Shown piece after piece: positions 11,981-25,145 of a DNA stretch of 64,000 nucleotides. The position numbers and the translations under genes were made by a program. The notes under the pieces were generated by a model. It worked only from the letters and a program-made list of their open reading frames with translations. It searched no databases and was not told where the DNA came from. The DNA comes from Octopus vulgaris (lineage: Eukaryota): the NCBI GenBank assembly GCA_951406725.2, contig OX597816.1, positions 180,730,001 through 180,794,000 on the forward strand, read 5' to 3'. Position 1 is the stretch's first letter, and each line of letters begins with the position of its first letter.

Positions 11981-14900
11981 GGTTGAAGACTTTGGTCGTG
12001 ACTTTTGTGCTCTTTGAGTTGTCATTTTTATTGTTGAAACTGTTAATTATTGTAAACTGTTGTTGAAAATTGTTTTTGTGAACTGTTGCCTATTTGCAGG
12101 CTATGGTGGACAATTCCTCGGCATTCCGAGGAATAGTGAAAATTTCTGTAGCCATTTGACAACCGTTTATTCGTGGATCCATCAACGGAGTGCATTTTTA
12201 AATTTAGCCTTCGTAGTTAAACTGCATCCCACCCCCAAACGGGGATGGGATTTGAACAGTTGTTCCTATTACGAGGAATTTATTTTTGAACAGTGTGGGG
12301 GGCGGGGGGAACCTACAATTTTCTTTTGAAAAAAAAACTGTATTCAGCCGTTGTAGGCTCTGACAGGGGTGGGATTTGAACTTACGTTAATAATAAAAGA
12401 AAAAAATTTGGAAATAGGGAAACCTAAGTTTTTCTCGTGTGTTTCTTGCTAATTTATCTCACCGAAACATCAGTTGAGATAATTAGAGAAAAATGCTTTG
12501 GAAGTTAACCAGCCTCCAAAATAGGCTTTGCAGCAGTCGCCACCGTACAAACAGAAAATCTGGAAATCCCATCGGGGGACCTCCAGGAAATGATCCAAAG
12601 AATGACGGAGGCGGAGGGGGATGTAAAACTATCGCCTTCCACTAACGCAATAAAAAAAAAAAGCAAAAAAAAAAAGAACCATTGCTTTTAAAACGTTTTG
12701 TCCGGAGGTAAAAGAAGCTGGCACATATGGACCAGATTGAAATCGGAAAGTGTCTTGCTCCAAAATATAAGGACTCTCCAAGACAATGTGCTTGGATAGG
12801 AGAAACGTTATTTAAAGATCTGAAGGGGAGGCATCCAAAAGTCATTTCTAGGCTAAAAGACCTTCCAAAATATCTAAGGAAAGAAGAAAAAAGAGGGACC
12901 CCTCAAGAGACGTGAGGTCGGTTCCTATATCGCCAACAAAAAAGTAAGTAGAACCTTTACTTTTTCTTAAACTAACAACATTTAACCTTGATTGTTTAAA
13001 TGTGCATGGTCTGATCTCGAAGTAGAAGCAAGCATGTTTCCTTGACGACTTCAAATCACATGATATATATGTAATGGTTGCTACAGAAACCAAGCTGGAT
13101 AGGCTACAAACCTTCTCGGCTCTCCTGAATGGCTATGAGAAAATCATGTCTCCTGGCCAGACCAGAGGTCGAGGGAGTGTAGTAGTCCTGGTCCGAAAAG
13201 ACTTGGCTCTGCAGTCGAGTACAGTCTTTGTGGACCCTGAAGGTGGGCTGGTTGTCCTTGATGTGACAAACAGCAACTAGGCCTTCAGGTTGATCGGTAT
13301 TTATGCGTCTTGTGCAAGAAGGCAGCAAACTGATTTCTATCGATGCCTAGAGAACTTTCTCGTGGCGTCTAAGACATTAGTTGTATTAGGAGACTACAAT
13401 GCTATCTTGGATGCACGCCTAGATAGGTATTAACTCACGCTTCATCGATCTGTTTAAGCGTTTTCAGCTGGCAGATGGTTACAGACTTGATCACCCGAAC
13501 ATCCCAGTGTAGACCTGGATGAATGGTGACGGGAAGCTCAAGTCTTACTTAGACAGGATAGTTATAAGGATTAGAGATATGTTTAGCTTTAGCTGTCCAC
13601 AGTTTGTTCAAGTCGCCTACACTGACCATAAAATGGATAAGTGCAGGCTGAACATAGTGCCCATAGACAGGGATCCGGCTACTGAAAGCTGAACAAGTCT
13701 ATTTTGGCTTGAGAGGCATACCGTAACCGGATTAAGGAGTTAGTGAAAAGGGCATTAACTGGAACCGTGGTGAATAACCGGTGGTGGTTTGCCCTAAAAA
13801 GAGTCATACGTTTTGAGTCCATTAGATTTAGCCGTCCGTTAAGTTTAGATAAGGCTATAACAGAAGGGAACCTACTTAAGGCTTTAGAAGAGGTATTGAG
13901 ATTGGGTACTGCATCCCAAATTCTGGCAGCGAGAACGGCCTTGGACCGTTACCTCAAAGCCAAACATGAGGGATGCAGGGTTCGGGCTAAAGTACATGCA
14001 TTTGGCTGCGAGGGAATTAATGTTACCATGTAGACCCGTACGGTAGAGACCCAGCATAGCAACGGTGCCATAATCAAAATGAACGTTTGGTCAAAGGACA
14101 GGAGGAGATGTGTGAGGCACTTTACAAGCACTTCACCGAGATGTTCGGGAGAAGCGGGATGCTAGACCACGGTGAGGCTTTACGGGACTTCCTGGTTGGT
14201 GGCCATCGTCTCTCGGCACGAGAAACTGAATGCTGTGAGGAGCCAATTACAGCTGCGGAGGTGATCGAGGCGCTATCCGAATGCTTCGGGGACAAGTCGC
14301 CGGGTCTTGGTGGTCTGCCCTATGAGTTTCACAAAAGTATGCCAGACTTGTTCGGACACCTACTGGCCAGCGTCTGTACCAACTGGCAGCAGAATGGGAG
14401 AATTCCCAGACCTGCGAACCGTGGTGTAGTGACATTGATCAGAAAGGATCCAATATCATAAGTAATTTTCGGCCCATAACTTTGTTAAACACAGAGCTAT
14501 TTGGCCAAGGTAGTGGCAAAAAGGCTGGCGCGTGTCGTGGACAAACTTGTCGGGGAGACGCAAACTTGCGCTATCCCGGGCAGGACTATTCGCGACAATC
14601 TCCATCTTAATCGCTACTCCTTAGAGAGGGTTCGTAAAATTTCTGGCAAAGGTAAGACACTAGTACATTTAGACCAGTCTAAAGCATTTGATAGGGTCGA
14701 CTATCGTACATGGCGGCGGTCCTCGGGGAGGCCGGGTTGGGCTCGACTTTCCGCGGTTGGATTGCTGCTTTGTACAGTGACATTAAGTCTATCGTCCGAG
14801 TGAACGGATTTTTTTCAAAACCGCTCAATATTGAACGCTCAGTATGCCAGGGATGTCCTGTCACCGCTTTTGTATGTATTGGCCTTTGAGCCATTGCTGC

Positions 14901-16012
14901 GGAAGTTGGAGGCGTTAGGGATGCCTTGGCTGAGGATGCGAAAATTCGCGTTAAGGTTGAGGCACCCCTGGCTTTACCTGGACGGGGAGCAGGTGTGATC
15001 ACCGCACGTAGGGTTCTACCTTCCACAGTTGATGTCCCTAACGAACATTGATCTATGGATCAAACGAAGACCTAAGCTGGGGGATTGGTAATTGGAATGC
15101 CGTCAAGCACTCCAGCTACTCTCTCGGGCGGGCAGTACCGGCAACAGGAGTTCCACTGCGGATTTCTATAGCTGGTTAGTGGAATATATGTCAGACGATG
15201 TCCTGGGGGAGACCCTGGGCTTCGATGGAAATCAGTTGATCAACCTGTTCAGGAGAACTTTCGGGCTGAAGTATCTGGATAATAACCAGAAATCCCTGGC
15301 TTGGCAGTGCTACCGTTCGGTTTTGCCTATTCGAGACAAGCTATCAAGGCACGGAAGTGCCGTCTCGTCGACATGCCCGAGGTGCGGGCGGGATTAGAGA
15401 AACTGTCTTGCACGCCTTCGTGGAGTGTCCGGAATTATCGGGACTGATAGCTTTTATCGAGCAACTGTTGTCAACGATGGGAAGGGTACAGCTATCGGCT
15501 GAGTCTATTGTCAAGATTGTGCCGCCTCCTTCCCTTAACAGGGAAAGGAAGGCTTGTTTTTTCTGCGTAGTAGCCATACTGACGCGTTTAAGAGGTATAG
15601 TGACGAGTACCTTCGTCTCTGGCCAGGGATTGGTTAACTTCTTTAGTTACCACCTCGATAGCAAGATCAGGCTGGTGAAGAGATACCTGTCACAGGATAT
15701 GTTTGCGAAAAGATGGAAGCAAGTAGTGAGCAAGCTGCGAGTAACTGGAACCACGTAAGTGGGGCCAGAAAGAAAAGTAAAGGTTCGAACCTGGCGGTTG
15801 GATGCCTTTCCTTGAGTCACACATTGCAAAATTTGCAATGATTATCAAATTTATACAGAAACTTTTAAAAGGAAAAAAAAAAAATTTTTTTAACAGCATG
15901 ACTTATTTATCATTCGAAACTGTTTCATTCGTAATAAGCAACTTCTTCCCCCTCTATATTTGTCTGTCCTTGTCCCATCTATGTACGGCTTCCATAGTCA
16001 ATTTATAAATTA
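11981..16012 (+). mobile_element. Tx1/L1-clade non-LTR retrotransposon, internally deleted and degenerate
   Basis: 15-bp TSD aagaagcttgcttcc (11966-11980 and 16013-16027). APE motifs (LNVHGL, ATETKL, LGDYNA, YTDH), RT motifs (KSPGLGGLPYEF, QTCAIPGRTIRDNL, LDQSKAFDRV, QGCP) and a zf-RVT-like C-terminus (CPRCG..ETVLHAFVECP). Confidence 0.9.
12970..15758 (+). pseudogene. Disrupted ORF2 (APE-RT-zinc finger) of the Tx1-like LINE
   Basis: ORF fragments 13074, 13743, 14087, 14501, 15092 and 15357 separated by stops and frameshifts; the RT YADD segment appears deleted near 14930-15060. Confidence 0.85.
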
Positions 16013-16385
16013 AAGAAGCTTGCTTCCCAACCACATGGTTCCAGGTTCAGTCCCACTGCATGTTACCTTGGGCAAGTGTCTTCTACTATTGCCTCGGTCC
16101 GACCGAAGCCTTGTGAGTGGATTTGATAGACGGAAACTGAAAGAAGCTCGTCGAATATGTGTATTGTGTGTGTGTGCGCGCGCGTAGGTGTTTGTCCCCC
16201 AACCATCACTTGATAACCGATGTTGGGGTGTTTACGTCCACGTAACTTAACGGTTCGGCAAAAGAGACCGATAGAATAAGTACTAGGCTTACAAAGAATA
16301 AGTCCTGGGGTCGATTTGTTCGACTAAAGGCGGTGCTCCTGTCTGGCCACAGTCAAATGACTGAAACAAGTATAAGTATAAAAGT
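16013..16385 (+). mobile_element. tRNA-derived SINE family A (head at 11954-11980, interrupted by the LINE)
   Basis: Matches the other copies: A-box tggctgtgtggtaag, B-box ggttcagtccc, internal (TG)n, tail gactgaaacaagta. Confidence 0.9.
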
Positions 16386-19162
16386 ATTATTACAGTTATG
16401 ATAAATGTATTATTATGATTAATGACACTGAAAATATCAAAAATGGGACAAAATGTGTTAATAATTTTAATGAATCAGGTATTATAACATTGATGTGATA
16501 CTGTATACCTACTTTTGCACCCCACCCCCTGTTTTTAGAGAGAATGATGGGAATGTGAATAGAAGAGTTGATCGAGATCGCTGCAGTGTTGGGTATGTAG
16601 ACAGAGTATCTGGTAAGGAAAAGGAAACCTAGTCTTTAGGGTGCATTTCTCAAGCTAACTAGCCGACACGATTTAGCTCTTAGTAAAAGAAAAAGAGAGA
16701 AACGTTGAGGCTCGCGCTGCAGGCTTCACATTTAAAAGTGTATAGATCAAATTATTGATCCAGAGAGAAATGGCGAAGTTGCTCTATAGCTTCGCACGGT
16801 CGTTCTACAAGCTTTATGGGCGGAGGTAAAGAATACGCACACCACTCGTTTTCGACGTAACTGTAACACTAAACGCCAAAAAAAAAAAAAACGGGTGATG
16901 TACGTATTCTTTACCTTCGGCGCTTCGTGAAGGCCTCACTGCTTTTTATTCACTCAAAATCTATGCAGTGCTGATCGTTCACTAGACACTGAGGGACATG
17001 AGGTCATCTCCACGGATACATTCTCATCATCGCTGTTTGGAAGAAGATACTCGAAGTGGTTGACACACCAACATCCTTGAGAGTAGCCTGAACACACGAG
17101 CAACAAAATGGACTCCATAGTGTATTCAACTTGTATGTTCACTTCTAATCAAAATGGAAATGGGCGGCCCTAATTAACGCCACTCAAGACTACTTCAACT
17201 AACAATGCGAACAACGTACAATGTAATGTGTTAAATCATATATTCACCGACACCACAGTTCTGGTACACACCATCGAAACAAGTTTTTTTCGCTTTCTCA
17301 GGCAATAAATTTAAGCTGTCAGTGTTATAATAATGAAAATATCCCCAACAAGAAATTTCAAAATGTACAAATTTCCCTTCTCAGACATTCATCTCAAAGC
17401 TGAGAGAGGTAATTTGGGAAGAGACTGATCTAATAATTTCAGACAACCCAGTTTGAACAAGAAAATAGAATTTCTGTTCAATCAGTATTAGAAACTTTCA
17501 CGTCTCATGTTCTTCTCGCATTAAAATAATAATAATTAGTACAAAGGTCTGAAATTTGACTGCTATTTTATCCATCCCGATAGGATGAAATGCAAAGCTT
17601 CCTCCAAACTTTTGGACGAACAAGGGTAATGAAAGGTATTCTCGGATTCCAACACTTCTTTTCTCAAATTTTCTCATTAGAAACAAAACTTTAGTATTTC
17701 AAGACATCTCAAAAGAAACTTTAGGTTTCCCGCAAGAAGTTTAAAAGTTACTGTGATGTATTTATTTGTGGCATCCACCAGGAAATGGTCAAAAAAGAAA
17801 AGAAACTAGAGTAGAACAATTCTAAATGAACTGGTAAACCAATTAGACACACTAAGTACGCCTTATAAACCATCAAAAACTGGGTCCTTAGATATGCACA
17901 TAAATTACACAATATACAAAACATTCTGCTTTGAAGGCAGTGATCTAATATCGCCTTAGCTGTTGAGGCTCAAAGGAAGTAAAGGACTAGAGATTATGGA
18001 AAACTATCAGACTATAAGGTCAGTCATTTATTAAAAAATTAATGATTTTAGCTCTATGTTATGTTTGTGTACGGGTGTTGTGCAATACAGCTAGTTCCCT
18101 GGATATGTGAGTAATTGTCTCGTTTTTCATTTTATTTTGTAGTGTTTTACTTAAAATACACAAGTGGAATATAAAGCAAGGCCTTGTGTAAAGGATGACG
18201 GTTCTGCTATGTCATCATTAGTGATTGCTGTATCGTAGTTGGACACCATTATTTCTGGGAGAAATAACTCGAAAATGAGGTGAAATTTGGCTTTGAAAAA
18301 TGTGAAAATCAGTGAGGTGGGTCCACAGCCTAAGGGGGAAATAATTTAAATGGGACGGTTGAGAGCATTGTAAGAAATTGTGTAAGAGTTAGTACACCAT
18401 GTGTTGGTAAATCGCATACAAAGTATAGGATGTTGCAGTCACAAGTTTTTTATTAGAAAAATGTGTTTGCTCAAACATCTAGTAACCAACAATGGAATTT
18501 TTCTAAAGTTAGTTAATAGATATAACACAAATTAGTTATGTGTAATTTTCTTTTGCTTGCCTATTTTCAAAAGAGAAAACACATATCGTATTATAAAGCA
18601 GCAATTAATTCTACAGCACTTCGTTTCAAAATACTCGTTAAATATTGAGTTCGAACAAGGAAATTTCCAGATATTAATTTGTAAAAATTTACATGACGTC
18701 GTTTGCAAAAATGTACATCCATAAGACAATCACATAAGTTTAGTTGTAGAAATCTATTGGAAGAATGTACATAGATATTTCGTATTTTCTTTTCAAGAAG
18801 ATGATTGCATCCTAAAACACAAGCAAACAGATAGATATGGTTATCGTACACATATTTACTTGAAAGAAATTATATCGAGGCTATGCCGAGGTAGAATATA
18901 TAATTACTATCAAGCATGATCGCTACAAGGACCTTAAAAATCAGAAGCAGAGAAAAGTTTGCCATTGCTGAGCGGATGATGCCAAATAAGAAAAGAAGAG
19001 ATTATCCCATACATTCATAGGAAACACCACAGGTAATAAGGATAACCAAAAACATCAACCGTTGAAACGATATCGCTACACACACACACGCGCGCGCGTT
19101 ATTTGTATACATTCATACCCACGTGCACACTTACATATATACAGCAATTGCATATTTAATGT

Positions 19163-19525
19163 AGGTGCAGAAGTGGCTGTGTGGTAAGTAACTTGCTTAC
19201 CAACCGCATGATTCCGGGTTCAGTCCCTCTGTGTGGCACCTTGGACAAATGCTTTCTACTATAGCCTCGGACCGACCAAAGTATTGTGAGTGGATCTGAT
19301 AGACGGAAACTGAAAGAACTGTATGTATGTCTGTGTTTGTGTTTGTCCCCTCAACATCGCTTGTCAACCAATGCTGGAGTGTATTTACGTCCCCGTAACT
19401 TAGCGGTTCGGCAAAAGAGACCGATAGAATAAGTATTAGGCTTACAAAGAATAAGTCCTGGGGTCGATTTGTTCGACTAAAAGGCGGTGCTCCAGCATAG
19501 CCGCAGTTAAGTGACTGAAACAAAT
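19163..19525 (+). mobile_element. SINE family A, full length
   Basis: Same head, body and tail as the other copies. Confidence 0.9.
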
Positions 19526-20292
19526 AATATATAGGGATAGTATTGCATATACGTACATACAAAGAGGAGAAAAGGTTTCAATTCTGTGCGAGACAAGCAA
19601 CTCATGGCAAAACTCTCTGAAATGGGTGTGAAAAATAATCGCTGTAACAAGGCTGAAGTCCATTCTCTCACAGTTCTAGGACCTCATTTTTACCCTAAGA
19701 TATGACAACTAGTGTACCACAGTCTGGATTGCGTCATTAATCCAGCGGCTGTGAAACGCCTCCGTTGCAGTAAGTGACGACAACACTTGTGTCCGTTCGT
19801 GAACAACTTCGTGTCCAAAGTTTTATTCAGATGCGTAACAAACGAATTCATACTGTGAGTCCGCAATGCCCAATAAAGTTATCTGGTATTGAAGAAAAAG
19901 TTTCTGGATATCCTTCCATGTTCCACTATGACAGTGAGAAAACAGGAGGAATCCAAACTACGAAAATTACTTTTGGACAGGCACTAGGCGTAAAATACCA
20001 TAACGAGTTGCTGGTAGGACAGAATATAGAATCCGTGTGTCTGGCTCTCTCCCCGAAATTAACCTTGTCGTGACTTAGAGAAGAACAGCAAAATTCCTCC
20101 GGAACACGCTCTTAAGTTGGCGATATGCTTTCTAACGCCTTCCTATGTGTCATTTAGCAGTTACGCCTTGTATGCTAGCAAAGGGAGAGCTAACCAATGT
20201 TCTAGAACATTCGACAGGGGAGATAACTGTTGTTGATTCCCAACGAATATTTTGCGGGCTACGAACCTGTTTCAAATAGTGTGGCCTACAAA

Positions 20293-20805
20293 TCTGTTCT
20301 TGAACCCATATTATTTGCTGGATATATTAATGACATAGATGCCAACTTGAAGAATGTTAGTGCTGAAATATGCAGATGACGTCAAGCTGTACATTGAGAT
20401 AAAAAAAGACCTGGACACAATGCAACAATGAATTACCGACTGGCAGCTCGAGCTAGCAGTGGACAAGTGTGTCACCATGCATATTGGGGGCTAACACCCC
20501 AACTTTTACATATGTACTCCCCCAACAACATTTCTTTCCTTGGAAGTTTGTTAGTGAACGTGACCTGGATATTATTGCAAACAGCGATCTGCGTTGGACA
20601 AGCCCCGTCTCTAAGATTGTCAAGAAGGTTGCGGGTGTCTCAACATCACTCAGTAAAACCTTTGTCAGCTGCTCTCCTGCTGTATATCGCTATGGTACGC
20701 CACATTTAGAGTTTGCATCACCGCTCTGAAACTCCTATCTTGCTCAGCATATCAATCACCCGGAAACTTTTCAGAAACGTGCAACCAAACGAATGACCGC
20801 ATCAG
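20293..20805 (+). mobile_element. CR1/L2-clade LINE RT fragment
   Basis: LEPILFAGYINDID...LKYADDVKLY, RDLDII, LYIAMVRH; homologous to 58100-58577. Confidence 0.8.
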
Positions 20806-22214
20806 ATGGAAAAAGAGAAGGAAAGGCGAAAAACAAAACCATTTTGAAAGTAGAAAAGAAAGTGAGATAAAGGTGAGAGAACGAGTCAGCAAGTCAGGCG
20901 AAAAAAGAAATGGAAGAAGGGAGATAGGAATGGTCACGTGGTAGTGGATGGAGAGGGGGAAAAGTGGTGGAGGGTAGGGAAACAGAAAGCAGCAGAGAGG
21001 TAAATTGGTGAGAGAGGGGAGGGCAAAAGACGGGTACGTTGGTAAGAGGGGGGAAGGAGAAAGAAAGAAATAGACGTTTCCTCTCTCTTTCTCTCCTCCC
21101 CTCTCTCACCAACTTACTTCTGTCTCACATTTTTATTTCTTCTTCCACTGCCACGTGACTCGTGACCCTTTCCCTCTCTTACTTCCGTTTCCGCCTGACC
21201 GCTGACTCGTTCAGTCACGTTTCTCTTGCTCCCTTTTCTACTTTCAACATGGTTGTTTTTTTTTTCATTTTTCGATCTGGGTTTTCCATCCATCCCCTTA
21301 TCCGTTTTCAGTCCTACAGGACATTTTCCCCTCTGCCTACTCATTCGCCTTATTTCGTCCGTATATTGAATGTTTATTTTATTTTGTTTTTAAATTCACA
21401 TTTGTGCCATGTTTCTTTTCATCGTTGTCCCCAACGCTCGCTCAATATTCTCGGCAGCTTTTGTTGACTCCACCAAAAGTGAACAATATTATCGTTAAAG
21501 GCATGGAATTATAAGGATTTTTTGGACGATAACTGACGAGGAATGAGCGACATTGCATGTGTGAATTTTCCGTTTGTTTAAATTCTGGAAGTTATATATA
21601 TAACTATAAATATAATAATAGTCAATGACACTACACTTCTACTACTCCTCATGCTGTGTCCTCTGCAAAAGATTTTGTTGTCACTCCTCACCACAGAACT
21701 TTAACAAACTGACTATGGACCAGACAAAATAAGATATCTGTACGTCATTGAGCTCAAATGACATAATTGTACATGAAGTATCCTACTCCCTATGTATGAG
21801 TAACTAGAATCCTATGACAAGCATTGCATGATAACTGGAAACCACATTAACTACAGGTTTGGTTTCACAGTATCAACTCTCATAGCGTTTTTCCCACCAA
21901 AGAACACATAAAACTCAGGAGAGATTCGAATCAAGCATAATTACTCACAAATGGATATCCATTCACTTTCATGCATCCGTCCACCTGCTTTTTAACGGGG
22001 CTGGCTTTTCATCCCGCAGGGTGTCTAAAACTCAAGTCACTTTTGAATGCTACCGGTAACATGCAACCTAGCACAACCTTGTTGTATGGTTGGGTTGTCG
22101 CCAACTACACTGACAACCTTAAAGACATGCCTGGCAACAAGGAGAATTTTCAGATACCATGCTGGATAATATATATATATACTTACATAAGGCCAACGAG
22201 GGTACGGACGTCGC

Positions 22215-22470
22215 TATATATATTATATGTAGAAAAATACAAACTGGGACAAGAACGTAAAACATTTAGAAGACGATACAAAAAACACGGACGGGACATT
22301 CGAAGCCTTCAATCTTCAGTCAAGAACCGGATCATCCTCCGAAATTGCTAGGATGATCCGGTTCTTGACTGAAGATTGAAGGCTTCGAATGTCCCGTCCG
22401 TGTTTTTTGTATCGTCTTCTAAATGTTTTACGTTCTTGTCCCAGTTTGTATTTTTCTACATATAATATAT

Positions 22471-22473
<3 letters not shown>
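22215..22473. repeat. Perfect 124-bp inverted repeat with an 11-nt loop
   Basis: 22215-22338 is the reverse complement of 22350-22473. Confidence 0.95.
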
Positions 22474-23392
<919 letters not shown>

Positions 23393-23689
23393 CCCTTCCT
23401 GTTCGTTTTCACTGTCCTGTTTGTGTTACCAATTTCGACCTCCCGCAAAATCTCAAATTTTATTTAATTTGCTTTGCGGGAGGAACTGTTTTATCGAAAG
23501 TGTATATTGTTGTTAAATGCTCGAAATACGAGACTAGAAAAACAGCCAACAAAGGATGAAGGGTCGTCTTTATGTTGCTTGTCTTGTTTTCCATTTGTGT
23601 ATTTCGTTCTCCAAAAAAAAAGTTCATATTCCATGTAATCGTACTTCGTATTTTTTGTTGTACACGTTTCATGACATCCTGTGCCCATA

Positions 23690-23694
23690 TATGC

Positions 23695-23738
<44 letters not shown>

Positions 23739-23809
23739 ATACGTGTAGATGTAAGTATTTACATCTACCTATGAATATATGAATATATATATATTATAGT
23801 ATATATATG

Positions 23810-23840
<31 letters not shown>

Positions 23841-24080
23841 ATGTATATATATGTATATATATATATGTATATATATATGTGTGTGTGTGTATGTGTGTGT
23901 GTGTGTCTATGTAAGCATATTGATATGTATATATATATGCATATGTGTATATCTATATGCATGTATATATGTGTATATATATGTGTGTGTATATATATAT
24001 ATGTATATGTGTATATATGTATGTATATATATATGTGTATATATGTATATATCTATGTATACATATATACATATATATAT
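23690..24080. repeat. Compound (TG)/(TA) microsatellite
   Basis: Directly visible. Confidence 0.95.
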
Positions 24081-24774
24081 TGTTATATTTAGGAATGGTC
24101 ATATTGCCAGTTTAGCCAATAAAAACACACGCACTATATATTTGGTGTTATTTATTTTTTACATTAATCTTAATCTTATTTCAGCCAGGGTTCTTTCGTC
24201 ACACTCCTGTGACCGCATCAGTGGTCCTTTGTTTTCATCTTTCTTATTTGTGTCTCTCCTTACTAACCGTCAGCCATTTTGTATTTCTATTGTATGTCTA
24301 CATTTCCGCATGCTTATATCTCTATGTGCGTCTATGTTTATTTAGTGTGTGTGTGTGGTGGGGGGATGCCTGTAATATTTGTATCTTCTGTTTATATATG
24401 TCCATGTAATTTGTTTTTGTTTTTGTTGTTGTTGTTTTTGTTTATTCTTATTTTTATTCATGTGTTTACATCCACTTATTATTATCATTACATATGCTTG
24501 TATGTATGTATGCATAACAATACTAGCAATAATAATAATAAATAAAAAAAACAACTTATATAGTTATTCATTTATATTTGTTTATTTATCTGTGTATTTA
24601 TTATGTTTTCGGGATCCTCTATCGTCATATGTTGTGGTGTGTGCTAGTGTTCCATTCTAGTTTCCTATTCAGGCTAGGTTTATTTTCTATTATGTGTGTA
24701 GCTTCTGTAATTTGTCTGATTGTTGCATCTGTTCTATGGCTTGTTATTTCTCCTGCAGCTTTCTTACCAGAAAT

Positions 24775-25145
24775 ATAGCATCACTGGTGCTTTCCCCTGG
24801 CACAAAGCCAAACTGCATCTCGTCTAGACTGTCTCCCTCCCTAATTAGTTGATCCATTAACTTGTTACCTCTGTAATTATTTATATCTAATGCATCATCT
24901 TTACCTTTGTAGAATATGACCATGGTACTGCTACACCAGCCATTGGGTATGACTCCTTCATGTATTACCTGATTGTCTATATGGGTAACTAGAATCTGCG
25001 GTGATTCCTGATGGGCCGGGGTCTTTCCCTGTCTTCATACCTTTAATTGCTTTATCTACTGAGGTACTGTCAATTCGGATAGGTGGTCCCTCTGTTGCAG
25101 CCTCATTAAATGCAAGTGAGCCGTCATCCATGCAGACACAGTTGG
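24775..25145 (-). mobile_element. RTE LINE RT fragment
   Basis: Minus-strand remnants IKGMKTGK.PGPSGI, YKGKDDAL, LDEMQFGFVPGESTSDAIF. Confidence 0.75.

Larger units (their letters stand above)
11889..16531. mobile_element. Tc1/mariner-like MITE (~210 bp of own sequence) split by nested SINE and LINE
   Basis: ~30-bp TIRs: tagggggtgagtgcaaaagcaggtatacag (11889-11918) and ctgtatacctacttttgcaccccaccccctg (16501-16531). Confidence 0.75.

Noticed and set aside
21533-21580. CUGACGA hammerhead-like start
   Set aside because: No correctly placed GAAA or stem II closure.
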